A stretch of DNA of 64,000 nucleotides from Minutocellus sp. GHC0000111 (taxonomy: Eukaryota): positions 1,426,001-1,490,000 of the forward strand of contig OZ361258.1 in assembly GCA_977018835.1 (NCBI GenBank). Reading direction: 5' to 3'. How positions within the stretch are numbered: the stretch's first letter is position 1; each line of letters opens with the position of its first letter. Positions 37,138 to 49,896 of this stretch are shown here, one piece after another. Under the pieces are notes generated by a model. It was given only the letters and a program-made list of their open reading frames with translations. It did not search any database and was not told where the DNA came from. The position numbers and the translations under genes were made by a program.

Positions 37138-38965
37138 TTAGTTGATGCTATCGCTAACCGTGCTGGCCTCCCCCTTCTTCTTTACTGCTGCGGTTGGGTT
37201 TTCTCCCGCTGAGCTGGTCTTCTTCTTGCCAGCACCCGCAACCTCATCGTCGATGTCAGGCTGAGCTGGCGACCCCTCGATGGAATTAAACATATCCAAC
37301 GCATTATCGATGGCCGCATCCATGTTGAAGTATTATAGCTAGCAAGCCGTCCGACAAAATAGACGTTCTTCTCCTTCTCCTCCTTTTCGGCGAGCTCTTG
37401 ATACTTCTTGTAGAGTTCGTGATTCTTTGGATTCGGAACGGCATAATAAGGATCTCCCTTATCGGTACTGTACTCTTTCACGGTAATGGTGTAATCGGAC
37501 TTTTGGTGGAAATAATGCTTGTACTCAACAATGCGGGTGAAATCGACCTCCGGTCCAGGATAATTCACGACACTGTGAGTTTGGTAGTAGCCACTGTTCT
37601 TGAGCAACTCGGCTTCAAAATTGATCGAACGGTACTCCAGCTTGCCAAGCTTGCTGTCCTGAAAGTAGCGATCGATTGGACCAGTAAATATGGTCTTACC
37701 ACATCGCCCTTCCAGAGATTTGCGAACCTTAAAGTAGTCCACACCCAAAACAACGTCAATGTTCTTGTGATTGAGCACCTCGGCAAACCATTTCGTGTAT
37801 CCCTTGCTCGGAAGGACCTGGTACTTGTCAGAGAAGTATCTTGGATCGAAATTATTCCTCACTGGAATGCGAGCAGTCAACAAAGCATCCAACTCCTTGG
37901 GTTCCTTGTCCCACTGCTTCTTGGTGTACGTGGCAAATACCTTCTCGAACAAATCCTTACCGACGCGCGATTTGGCCATCTCTTCGGCATTGGCACACTT
38001 ATCCTTCTTTTTGCACGGTACCTGAACGTTCTTGAGCCATTGGTCCATTTCCTCCGGCGTGGTGATGGATTCCTCCAACAATCCATTGACAGTATTGATA
38101 TTGACCGGGATGGGGAGGAGCTTGCCATCCAGCCAACCCACCACCTCATGATCGTATCGTTTCCATGGTGCCTTGTCCTGCCACTTTGTAATGTACTTGT
38201 AGACACGCTCCAGACCGGTGTGGAATAAATGGGCTCCATCTGAAATTGGTAGAAGAGCATGGTGCAATGGTTTGAATTGATGAGATTGATTAGCAAGTAC
38301 AAAATAAGTAAGTGAGTAGAAGCAATTGGGCAATCGCATCGCTGTTCCATTACATGTAATACTTACAAAGATTCATAAGAATGCCGCTTTTTGGTTCGAC
38401 AAAATCGTAGCAGTTTCCACCCTGAAATAATAGAAGTAAAGGAAGTGGCACATATGTAGAAGTAAGTCACAATAATTGGAAATTAATCGGAACAAACGAC
38501 AAACATATGTACTCTCTTACTCACAATGTGAGTCCGACTTTCCATGACCAAGCTGGTCTTGTCGAGGACACTGGCGTATCGTTCGGCAATGACACTGCCA
38601 CTCAACCCGGCACCGACGATGCACACGTCCCACTCCTTCTTGCGGGGTATGCTCTTGCCAAATTTGAGGCCACCGCCATCATAGCGCTTGATGGTCTTGC
38701 TCTTTTTTACGGCATTCGCCAAGACTCGCGAAGCACCTTCCAGAGTTTGCGGCGTGGGGAGTAAACGGCCGATAATTAGGCCTGGTACAGATTTGGGGAT
38801 GAGACCAAAGTAGGACAGGATGGCCACCGCAGACAGGAGGAGGATGCAGTTCTTGCGGCAGAGCAGACGACGGACGCAGTTCATTAGGCGGTAACGCATG
38901 GTTGGTGTTGTGGCGTAATGAGGAACGCCTTCGCCGCCGAAATTTTGTGTTGGCAACCCGTTCAT
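37138..38965 (-). pseudogene. glf: UDP-galactopyranose mutase (bacterial glf-type sequence with an N-terminal anchor); introns 38422-38524 and 38240-38366; 1-bp deletion at ~37337
   Basis: IVGAGLSG, HIGGNCYD, YGAHLFHT, YTKKQW, RYFSDKYQ, TGPIDRYF, TRIVEYKH, PYY. GRLASY(K)YFNMD is broken: the DNA reads tat aa tac ttc aac atg. Confidence 0.9.
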
Positions 38966-39315
38966 TTGTTTCCAGAGGTTCAAATCAAACCTGGATGCGG
39001 CAGGCACTTTGGATACGACGAGGAGGGATGGAATACTGTGCAAAACGTCCCCTGGCGTATTCGTATCCTTGACGCACGGTCTACACTGGCTTCGCTTCTT
39101 TGGCTGGCCGCGATACGCGTAAACGACGGCGCGAGATGAGATGTTAGGGCGGGGGCTGCAGCTGCGCTTTGAATTCGGGGAAACTCCCGACTTCAAAACG
39201 AACATGTGTCACTTTTTTCTGCCCGTTCTTCACGTGCGTTCGGAGCCGCCGCTTGCTTGGCTCTCCAACCTTTCGCCGCCGACCATACCACTGTTGCCCG
39301 CCCGACACTTTGATA

Positions 39316-41232
39316 ATGGCCCTTCGTCCTCTTGACGCCGTCGCGGAGGGCGCTTCCGCATCCGCATTCGCTGCCGCCTCAAATTCTTCAAGCCCAGCGA
39401 TCGGCTCAACCACTCCCGCCCATGCCCTCCAAGCATCCAACCTGCACCGCCACCTGCGCACCAACAACTATTCAATGGTTCGAGAACATTTGCTTTCCCA
39501 CCCACCGCCGTCGAATGGTCAGCAAGCCAATCATACGCTTCTGGTTTCCAATCGCATCGGCTGGTCGGCCTTGCACTTTGCCGCGGCCAGTCATGGCAGC
39601 CTCGTGCTGAGAGAGCGGCAGAGAGCCCGGGCGCGGGCGGCGGCTGCCAATAATATCAGTGCTGGAACAAATAGTAATATCGCAGCAATCCAGGGCGAGA
39701 CGGTGGCCGAAGAGGCGGTCGATGTGGGTGTGGACAACCATAACATTCATCACGGACATGGGCATGCCGCGGGCGGCCATCACTTGCTTCATCATCACAT
39801 GGCCAACCAGCCGGTACCTTTGGATCAGTTTGGTTTTGCGATACCTCAAAACGATGCGAATAATGATCAAGAACAGAATGACAATAGTGTTGAAGAAGAA
39901 GAGGATCAGCCCGAAGGTGGATGGTGGAGATGGCTCCTGCTGCAGATTGCCGAAGCTGTCGAGATGTCGACGGCGTCATCAACAAGCAGAGTACCGGTAC
40001 GAGCTTCCCCTTTTTTGGCCAGGACCGAGGCGGGCATGACTCCCACGGACTTGTTCTTTTGTGGTCACGTCCGTCCTTTGCCTTGGCAGAGACCGGAAAT
40101 TCACGAGGCAGCACGATGGCTGCGACGAGACATGGCCAATGTGTGCGGAGACAACGGGTTGATATCCATCGACAATGCATCTCGATTGCAACATCGTCTG
40201 CGGCAGAGAATTGAGCGGGAGAGGAGGGTGGAATGGCATCGGCAGCGAAAAGAGAAGGGCGAAAGTTGTGATGGCGGCGTGGATCAATTTGAACAGGAGA
40301 ATGTACCATGGGATGATTCCATATTGGATGCGCTGGTTGTCTTTTGGCATGCTATGGAATTTTTGCTAATGGCTGCCTATCATGGAACGATGGATTTGGA
40401 TGAAATCAATGATACTGATGGCTCCGACAACTTTGATGGATCTGATCATGACTGCAAAAAGTGGCGAGTAGTACATGCGTTGGCTTATACTGGATGCCCG
40501 CCCGAGGTGGCCAAGCTGGCAGTTTGTTTGTATCCCGAACAGGTCCGTCAGCGAGATGAGAATCATGATCTACCGTTGCACATTGCCGTGAGGTCTCGGT
40601 CGAGCTCTTCTCAATGGGATGCAGCTGAAGATGATGCGCATGCCGTTGCCGATATTGAATCCTTGGCCGGAAATGATGGAGATAGCAGAGGAGTAGATCC
40701 GATCACTGGACAAGTAGTTCGACAAAGTACTTTATCGTACACCCCCGCATGCGCGCCAGTGATCAAAGCTCTACTGGATTCGTACCCGCATGCTGCGGCC
40801 TGTGCCGATGGAAATGGCCGACTACCGCTCAATCTTGCTCTTGTTTCTGGTCGGACCTGGCGATCGGGAATCGCCGACATTTTGGAGGCGTGCCCCGATG
40901 CTTTGTTTGGCACTCGCGATACAGCCACACATCTTGCACCATTTATGCTTGCAGCGGTGGACCAGCGAGAGCTTAGGGAGCATAGCCAACAGACCACCAG
41001 TGGAGGCGTCGAATACGAGGAGCCGGATGAGGCGGAGCTACGCGCCAAAAAGATTGCTTCAAATCAGATTGGGGGCATGTGGCGGTTCATGAGTTATGAA
41101 ACGAAGGAAAAAGTCCTGGCAAAGGTCCGGGAAGACATTGACATTATCAAGTTCGAGACAATATTTGAGATTTTGCGAGCAATGCCTGATGCGATCCGAA
41201 CTGGAAACCCATCATTGAGCAAGCATGTGTAA
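39316..41232 (+). CDS. Ankyrin-like repeat protein
   Basis: GWSALHFAA, GMTPTDL, DENHDLPLHIA, DGNGRLPLNLAL, THLAPFMLAA, IFEILRAMP. Confidence 0.8.
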   Translation: MALRPLDAVAEGASASAFAAASNSSSPAIGSTTPAHALQASNLHRHLRTNNYSMVREHLLSHPPPSNGQQANHTLLVSNRIGWSALHFAAASHGSLVLRERQRARARAAAANNISAGTNSNIAAIQGETVAEEAVDVGVDNHNIHHGHGHAAGGHHLLHHHMANQPVPLDQFGFAIPQNDANNDQEQNDNSVEEEEDQPEGGWWRWLLLQIAEAVEMSTASSTSRVPVRASPFLARTEAGMTPTDLFFCGHVRPLPWQRPEIHEAARWLRRDMANVCGDNGLISIDNASRLQHRLRQRIERERRVEWHRQRKEKGESCDGGVDQFEQENVPWDDSILDALVVFWHAMEFLLMAAYHGTMDLDEINDTDGSDNFDGSDHDCKKWRVVHALAYTGCPPEVAKLAVCLYPEQVRQRDENHDLPLHIAVRSRSSSSQWDAAEDDAHAVADIESLAGNDGDSRGVDPITGQVVRQSTLSYTPACAPVIKALLDSYPHAAACADGNGRLPLNLALVSGRTWRSGIADILEACPDALFGTRDTATHLAPFMLAAVDQRELREHSQQTTSGGVEYEEPDEAELRAKKIASNQIGGMWRFMSYETKEKVLAKVREDIDIIKFETIFEILRAMPDAIRTGNPSLSKHV

Positions 41233-41331
41233 TTGTAAAAACAAAAAGGACACTTATGTACGTCTAAAAAAGAGCAATCAGGACAACACAAAGTCAGGTT
41301 CACTGTGGCTACGGCTGGATCAAATATTCAA

Positions 41332-44300
41332 TTACCCATCACTTCCAGTCACCACGGATAGAAGCGTCATTCTTCTTTGTTGGTCCTTCTTGGCGGCCAT
41401 AATCTTGGTCACCATGCTTGCGGGAAGCGTTCGTGTGTCCTCGCCATCAATAGCGATGATTCGATCGCCGGGGAAGACAATACCCTCCAGCGGACTGCCG
41501 CCCTTCACTTCGTGAACGACTGGGCCCTTGGAGGTACTGTCAATGACGACACCGAGCTTGCCCGGTGGCGCATAGCATTCTCTCCTTACCATACCGGCGT
41601 CTTCCAGCTTGGTCACCGTTGTCATGACCGACTTATCATCGCCGCCGGGAGTGTATTCCATCGGTGTAGGAATGGTGGTATCTTCAGCAACATCATCCTC
41701 GGGCACTGCTTGCGGTGCAAATTTTGAGCGAGATATATTCTTGGAGCTCTTCTTCTTTTTGCCGAACGATGAGAGCTTCTTTTCCGGACTGTTGCTGGAG
41801 AAACTCGACGTACCCGACTTGCCAGATTTGGCCGATTGGTCGTCACCAAGGACGTCTGTGATTGTCTCATAGAGCCAGGCATCTGCGTCGGGCGAAAGGG
41901 GGTCCTTCTTATCAGCGGCTGCACTGCCATCGATGGACAAATCACCGAGGGTCGAATTCTTTTGTTGCTCGAGTTTTTCGTTCTCTTGGGCAGCGCTGCT
42001 TCCATCGGCCGACCATTCGCCGCTCGTATCGAGCGCTGACGCACCCTTGTTCCTTCTTGCCGAGGCGCCGAAGGTCTTCTTCTTTTTCTTCTTCTTTGGC
42101 TTTTCTTCCGGTTCTTCTGGGATAGCGGCCGCCGCCAGGGGGCTGGCGCCTGCAGTTGACGGCGAAAGATTCATCATGCTATCCTTCTGGCGGAAATCAT
42201 CCGCAGTCGGCGATGCGCCATTATTCTTCGATTTGCTGTCAAATACATTTCCAACATTGAACGTACTGCCAAGGCTAGAAGTTCCAGGGCTTGAAAGCAT
42301 CTTACCAAAGTCAGAAAAGGTAGCATCGTCCGCGGCATCGCCAAAGCCATCTTCGTCGTGGTCGTCCATATCATCGTCGTGATCATCATTCCTTGGGCTG
42401 TATAGATTGCTGGTTCCATTGCCATTGCTGTTGCCATTATCGTACTCCATACCATTGTCATTGGAACGCTTCTTCAAGAGGGGTCCAAGTGAGCGAGGAG
42501 ATTTGCCGAGGCCGTCCTCAAGACTGTACTGGTAGTCATCGGCCTCGAGAGTATGAAACCTAGCCAGAGAGCCAACCTCCGATTGAGCCTCCTCGGGACT
42601 ATCGATCGGACCAGGCGGGAGGGCATCGGCTCTCTCTTCGTCCGTCATCATGGATAGGGCCGCATTAGATTGCTTAGATTTCTTCTTGGGCGAATATTTC
42701 TTGGAAGGAGGGCTTGGAATCTTGGACTTGGACTTGGAGGACCGGCTCTTGCTCTGTTTGCTGGAGCTTCGACTCTCGCTTCTTCCAGTACTGCGCTTGC
42801 TCCTGTATGGAAAATAAGAATAGACAAAAAAAAATGTGGTTGAGTAAAATCCATACCAAAACACAGAACGCATCGGGTAACACAAGGCTCAGGCGATTGC
42901 CCATTGCATTGTTCATCTTCTTACCTCTTGTTCTTGCGAGCAATGTAGAACATGGTACCGACCAAACCAACGAAAGCGACACTGCCAACGGCAATGGCGA
43001 TAATGTAAGCCAGCTGGTTGTCATCGCCCCCGCCCTCGTTCAACACGGCAGGATCATCACCACCTCCGGCAGGTCCAGTCGTCGGCGGAGTCACTCCCCG
43101 AATGTCCTCCAGGGTGGAGAAGTACTCCAAGCCCGATCCGTCGAGGTCTTCCACGCCCTCCTCCATGGCCTGGTCGGCCATGGCATTGAGCTGAGAAACC
43201 ACGGCACCGCCGTTGACGGTGAAGAAGTTGCGGCACATGGAATCGAAGTTGACATCGTCGGCCGTCCGGTGAATGTCGGTCGGATCAAACCTGCCACTGA
43301 CGCGCATATCAACCTGGAGGGGATAGAGCTCCTCCTCCTCCTCCATCATCATGTCGGAGGCATCTGCACCTGCATCCTCACCAGGACTCGATTGCAGCAT
43401 CCGCAGCCAAGTTCGTCTGCCCACGGTCTCCAACACCTTTTGGCCGGTCACCTCGACGTTCAGATCGTACACCACGGGCACCGTGAGCTGGAACAAATCG
43501 GCCAGAAACGTCGTCGCCACGTCCTCAAAGGCCACCGCTTGGAGGGGGTTCATGGTCTGACCGGCCGGGACGCTCTTGAGGTTGACCCGGACCCATCGGT
43601 CCAAGAGGATGGGTCCGCTGACAACGTCTCGAGTGCCATCGCCATCGCCCATACCGGCGGTCGGCTCGCTGGTGGGTTCGAGAGTTTCCTTGACCCCGGC
43701 CATAACGGACTCGATCTGCGTCGTTGGGGGTGGAGTGGGAGGGACGGGAGCCGGTGTCGGCCGAACGGTGGGACGGAGCGTCGGCCGGGGCGTAGGACGG
43801 GGTGTGGGCGGCGGCGTCGTTGGCTTCTCTTGCCACCACGGGGCTATAAATAGGTTTTGGTATGATGATGTTTCAGGGTTTTGCATTGAATACGTATGGA
43901 AATGCGTGAGAGGCATGGAGAATGATAAAAAAAAAATATTGCAACATGCAACAACTCCGCGATGCTGCCTTGGGAAATTCATGTCACCAAGGCGAGTTCA
44001 TTTCCTCCTCCTCTTTTGCCCATACATGCATCCCAACGTAGTAACTTCAGATAACTTCACATATGACTGAACTCACTCTCTCCGGTCGGTTCATCGGTCA
44101 CCCTCTCGGGCTTGGTCGCCTCGGGCGTCGGCATCGGCGTCGGCATTGGCGTCGGCCTCGGCGTCGGCTGGTCCGTTCCCGCCACCACGAGCGTCCCCGC
44201 GACGGGCGTGGGCTCCTCCGCCACGCCCCCGGCCACGGCCTCGACCTCCTCCACGACCATTTCCTCGAATTCCTCCAAGATCATCTGGTTGACATTGTCG

Positions 44301-44662
44301 ACGGTGGCCGACATGGTGGGCTCCGGCGTCAGCGTGCCGGTCGGCTCGTCCGTCATGCCGGGCCCAATCTGCCGCGGCTGGCCGACGACGATGGCCGTAG
44401 GCACAGCTGTAGGCACGGGAGTTTGGGACGTAGGTATAGGAGTTGGCTCGTGAGCCAGGTTGCGTCTGATTTGGTCGGCAACGAGGCCAGCAGCGGCAGC
44501 GGCAGCAGTAGCAGCATTCTTCTGGTTGTCATTGTTTCTGCGGTTGGCCGCACGCTTTCCGACCGTTTGGTAATGTCCGGAAGCAGCCGAAGCACCACTC
44601 GAACACAAGATACCAACAACAGCCGCCGCAATAGCAAGCCGTTTGGCAGCAGGGATCATCAT
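41332..44662 (-). CDS. Type-I membrane glycoprotein (signal peptide, Pro/Thr repeats, TM, C-terminal PDZ); introns 43844-44076 and 42803-42924
   Basis: Three ORFs joined in frame by phase-1 and phase-2 GT-AG introns; TM YIIAIAVGSVAFVGLVGTMFYI; PDZ APPGKLGVVIDST..GPVVH.VK.GSPLEG. Confidence 0.85.
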
Positions 44663-45117
44663 GGCAACCCCTGTTGTCCCTCGTTTAGTTCCAATACTGC
44701 CCAGCTGGTGTGCGGTGCGTCTCCGTCGGTTGAAGGAATCTGGCTCAACAAAAATGTAAAAAAAAACAGCACGTCTTGTGCCTCCTTTTTTTAATTCCTT
44801 CCGCGTGCTGAAGATACCACTCCAAGAGAGATACCGGCGGGACAGGTGTTATGACTGGTATCTGCTCTCAACTTTGGGCAGTGGCAAGGAAAGGCGGCAC
44901 CGAGACAGCGCTATTGGCCGTGCTAAACACGATGCGCCGGCCGATCGTGCAAAACGCCGAAATGAGGCCAAAGCAACAGTCGGAAAGCAAGCCGGGTCAA
45001 TTTCGGAATGACGCTTGGAAAATAGCTGAGGGGCTCTCCCGTATCTTGTTCCCCCGTAAATTCAAGAATTGCGCTCTCGCGCCTCGTCCACTCGCTCGTC
45101 CACTCCATCAAACAGCG

Positions 45118-47660
45118 ATGGGCAAGTCGAAAGGGAGACGCAAGGGCAAGGCCGCCTCTGGCCGCAGCGGCGGCGGCGGTGGCAGCGGTGGCAGCAATAC
45201 CAATGCTGGTCATGGACATTTCAACGCCGGCGGCGCTCCCTCCTCCGCGTCGTCCTTCGGCGGCGGGATGATCAACCCCGCCTTTTTGGCGGCAGCTGCC
45301 CGAGATGCAGCAGCAGCGGCGTCGGCACGTCGTCAGATGCCGACATCGGCGGGGGCTGGTGTGGGTTCAAGCAGCAGTAAGAAGAAGAGAAAGAGAGCGG
45401 GTGATAACAATGAATCGACGGCAAACAATTCAGCTGCGCACAAAGCCAAGTCACCGAATCAGGTGGATTCCGTGAGCAAGAAGAGCAACAAGTCGAAGAA
45501 GAGGAAGAAGATGAGCACGAACGCGTGCAGCAGTACGAGTATCGAACAATATGCCAATGCAAATTCAAATGCTATTTTTACCTTTGGTCATCCTCGCTGG
45601 ACCGACCTCGAACAGCTGGTCCGTCTCCTCCTCTTTCCTCTTCCGTGGGTCGCCGATGCTGCGCTGTCATCGACAACCACCACAGGGAAGCAATCGAAAC
45701 ATCATTCTACCCCTGGTGAACGACCAATCCTGCCGGTACGAATCATCTTTTTGTCCCAGGCCGATCGGGTTCGGGAGTTGGCCATGCTGTTCAAACCGTT
45801 GCTGCATTCGATGCCCGTGATGATGATCCACAACAAGATGAAACGAAGGCAGTTGGAGGATGGGATGCGAGAGTTGATGGCTTCCTTGGTGGCATGCAAT
45901 GGTGGTTATGAAGATGGCATGGAAGACACCGATGCTGCTAGTGAAGGAGATAATTCCTTGCCTTCTCGAGGACCGGTCATATTTGTGGCCGACTCGGCGA
46001 TAGATCGCATGATATCGGCGTTCCGCTCTTGCCGAATTGGTGCCGGTATGACGACAAATACCAAAACCAATGGTGGAAAAGGGAAAAATAAGAAGCAGAG
46101 AAAGACTATGGTGGAAGAGCGCCGTGAATCGCCAGATGATGCATGCAATGGACAACGAATCCCGCTCGGTGTCCATTTTGATGAACCCAAGTCGGAAGAA
46201 GTTCGAAATGCCCGATCGGTATCCCTCAGCTCGATCGCTGCGGCTCTACAGAATGACAAAACAAATATTGCAAACACAGATGCGCTCGAAATCGTTCTTG
46301 ATGGCAAACGATCAAGTGAATCAAATGCTGGCCAACTTGGACAGGGTGCCCTCTTAGACGGCTCGAGAGACTGCCTTACGACAATCGCTGCAGCATTACC
46401 ATCCAATGAATGGATTCCTCGGCAGTCCGATCAACAAATCGTTGAGGGCATTGTGAATTCTGCGAAGCGCGTAAGGGAAGGTCCGGTGGGGTCTCCGAAG
46501 GAGCGGTCGGCCAAGGAGAAGCTTCTGGCGAGGATGGCTGTTCTTGATGCTCGGCTTCAGGCAAGGGCTCGACTCAAAAATGATGATGACGAGGCAGCAG
46601 CTAATGATGTGGGCCTGCCTGCCGTACTCGGGATCACGGATGTAAAGATTTCATCCGTGGTGGAAAAGATGAGGATCCTTGGCATGATAGCGGCTACTAA
46701 TCCCGGCGAGCAGTCGGAGAGAGAGGCGGCACAAACTAGATGGATGGACAATGCCAAGGGACGCAGCTTCGGCGGTACCTGGAAAGGCAGCATCCGGCAT
46801 GGTGCTTCTGGTGACGATGCGTCGAGGGATTTGGCGTCCAAGCTTAGCATGAGGAGGAGTGGCAACAAATCGAATGGGAATGCAAAGGGCAACGACAGCA
46901 AATTAGATAATGCGGCCGGCATCCAATGTTTGCCCTGTGGCAAAGGCGACGCGTGGCGTTCCTTGGTGCATTGGACCCCAAATCCTAGTACAGGAGATCT
47001 GGTTGGTACTATTGCTTCCGATGATGAAGACGACGAGGGACGGAAAGACTTTGGAGGTTGCCATTGTGCAAAGGCCTGTGGGCACAACGAAACAGCATTG
47101 TTCTATCTGCGTCCCTTCTTTCCCTTGGAAGTTATCAATAGTAGAGTCTGCTCCAAAAGGAGCCCAGCCCCGGGCAATTCTGGCTTTGAGGGGTGCCTCG
47201 AGTATCTACGGAGACTGTGCGCTGCGGCAGGGAGGTCGATGACGTACTGGGATAGTGAGTGCTTCGGCATGATTGATGGCGGAGACAGTGGCAAATGCGA
47301 AGGCGGCCTTGCTCCGGGTAAGTAAATAGGAGGACGAGCTTAGTTCTTCACCTTTGATTGCATTGTGGTCAATCGGCGGCATTGTCCTCACAAATCCACC
47401 TCTTCAATGTTATGTGCCTTCGGTACCTCACAGTGATTCGTCTCCCGAAGCGAGAGCTGCTGGCCCTTTCGCAAGAACATCTGAAAGAGATAATACATCA
47501 TGGTCGCCAGCTCGCCGTGAGTGGTGCAGATGCTGAATCGTCACTTCGAGACTCTCTTCCCCCAATATCACGGAGGACAATATCCGCACTTAGCAACGAT
47601 CTTCGAGCCAGGATGATCTCTGTTGGCCTTCTTCGACAAGGCGATAAGGCATCTACGTAG
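45118..47660 (+). CDS. Hypothetical basic, possibly nuclear or nucleolar protein; intron 47318-47433
   Basis: Likely start MGKSKGRRK; Lys-rich NLS-like runs; conserved-looking C-terminal block KACGHNE..LRPFFP.EV.NS..C...PAPGN.GF.GCLE.L; phase-1 intron joins the 47358 ORF. Confidence 0.7.
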
Positions 47661-47762
47661 ATAGGTGATGTTCTACAATTGACTTTTTCATCATTACTAT
47701 ATCTTCTATCACAAGAACTTATTCGGTATCGTCGAATGTGCAAGCTATCAATGATCCTGCAC

Positions 47763-49896
47763 TCAATTTTCTGGCACAAGCATTGTGAACATGAGAATAA
47801 AGAGAACCGAGATGACTATGAGAAGCCCGATCGGTGGCATCGTCTTCATGGAAGCCCGGCTATCGTCTTCTTCACTGGGAGGGACGGTAGGACTGAATGA
47901 AGGTGATGAAGTCGGGTAGGCCGAAGGGGACGAGGAAGGGATGCCGCAGCCTACCGAAATCATATCGCGAAGAACATTGCGAACCGTGAAGCGTCGAATG
48001 GCAACCTGGGTATCCTCGCTCCCGAAGTTGTGTAGTCCGACGTAGCTGCCGGCGCCATAAACGACACATCCCCGCCGACTCTACACTCTGATGGAATATC
48101 CTTCGTCACGGACCACTGCCCCGGTTCGTCCTCCATTGAATGTGCAAGCTTCCAACCTTGTCCGTCCTGGAGGTCAATGAAGAGCTCCAGCTTGACGCTG
48201 CCATCGTCCAATGATTGAACGATGAATTTAGCTCCGATCCATCCTCCCGAGAGGTCCGATCCCAGAAGACCGTCGTAAGGACTGTTAAGCTTCGAGTAGT
48301 AAAGACATTCTTGGACCCTTCCTTCTGAAAGGCCACCTGACCATCGATCCTTCTGGTTTGGGCACGGTAGGAACGGGCCAGGCAGGGATCGTCACCGGGA
48401 CCTTGGTACCTTGTAGGGCCGATAATCGTGAGACCAGATCCTGGAAGAACGGATCCGTCTTGACGATACTGGAATTCGACAGTGATCTCCACGTCCTTGA
48501 ATCCTTCTGGCGATGACGAATTCACATAGATCTCTCCGGTATCGGTGAGAACTGCCGTGCCGTTGGCAATGGAGACCTTGGCCGTGTTGCGCACCTCCAA
48601 CCTTTCATCGAATGGATCCTTCGTGACCGGAGGCGATTCCAACGACCTCTCCTGAACATACCAGCTTGACGACGACCAATCCGATGCGTTTGTCTTGGAT
48701 TCATCTGTTGGATAAAACGCCCAGTTGTCAAAGTCGTCTTGTTCGCACTCGGGGATGTCGATGGTGATGGGAGATCCACAGCAATCGTCGCAGGGGTAAG
48801 TGCTGTTCTGAAGGACGAGTCTCTCCTCACCTGACAACTGACCCTCATACCAAATCTCGAGTGCGGTCATCTTCTTCATGCCATCAATCTCGGCATTGTA
48901 GCCATCGCAATGCCTCGTGCATGAATCGATGAAGCCGCCATTCGCTTCGTTCGGTGCGATTGCTGACTGGATCAGAGCATCGAGCGCATAGTCACCGAGG
49001 GTATTGGTCGCACCGATGTCGCCATCGGCCAGTTCGATTGCGCCTCGAGCCCAGTCGTCGTACTTGGACTGCATCACGAATAGAGGTGTCTCTAGATGCT
49101 GGGCAATCACTTCAGGAAACATGCATCGGAAAAGAATGCCTTCGGTATTGTCGACACAATTCGATGGCAGGACTGGGTTGTGTAGCAATGCGGTGTATCC
49201 CATGAGGTCAAAATAGGTGGCCCTGTTGGTTATTAGAGGTCTGTAGTCTACAAAGAATCCGGACTCGGGGGCACACACGACCTTGGCTTTGGGCGAATTG
49301 CCCCTGATGTGGTTGGCCCACCGATCGCAATGGAGGATTGCCGAAAGGCCGCCGGCGCTGCAGCCGCCGATGATGGCATCGGTGGCGGTTGCGAGACCCT
49401 TGTCACTTGTGGAAAGGTCTGCCATGACCGCATCTAGTATACTAATGCCCCGCATGTGAAGCATAACACCATCCACCTCCACCGGTTCCTGTCGATTGGA
49501 GGTAAAGGACGACCCGTCGCAGTATCGGATATAGACCTTGTTCCAGTTGTAGACGAGCGGGTTGTCATCGGGATTGGTGCTGAACAGGCGAGACTTGCGC
49601 CACTCGGCTTCGGCTGGCCAGTCCAGAGATGACCCGTGAGTGGTAGTCGACCGTTGCGGACACCTTTCCTCCGTCTCGCACCACCCTCCGCCTTGGTGGT
49701 CGATGTAGAATTTGCTGCTGCCGCTGCCGTGGCCCGGGGTGAAGTAGTATCCAGCCGTGCTACCGTCGAGACATTTGGCATTCGGATAGGATAAGAGTAA
49801 ATTGAGCTGCATCATTGGGAATGTTGTTGCGCCGGTGAGATGAACTGCCGACGCCGCCGTCACAGCGACGAGTTGGGCGGAAAAGAGCTTCCGCAT
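47763..49896 (-). pseudogene. Pectin acetylesterase/Notum-family protein fused to a beta-rich domain and a C-terminal hydrophobic anchor; two probable frameshifts (~48300, ~48000)
   Basis: Signal peptide, AKCLDGS, GGGWC, YCDGSSF, GCSAGG, QSKYD, DSCTRHC. The downstream WIGAKFIV..VKLELFID segment and the C-terminal TM lie in other frames. Confidence 0.8.

Noticed and set aside
5105..49896. Dedicated glycan-metabolism gene cluster
   Set aside because: The carbohydrate-related genes are scattered among unrelated genes and such families are common in algal genomes; no evidence of co-regulation.
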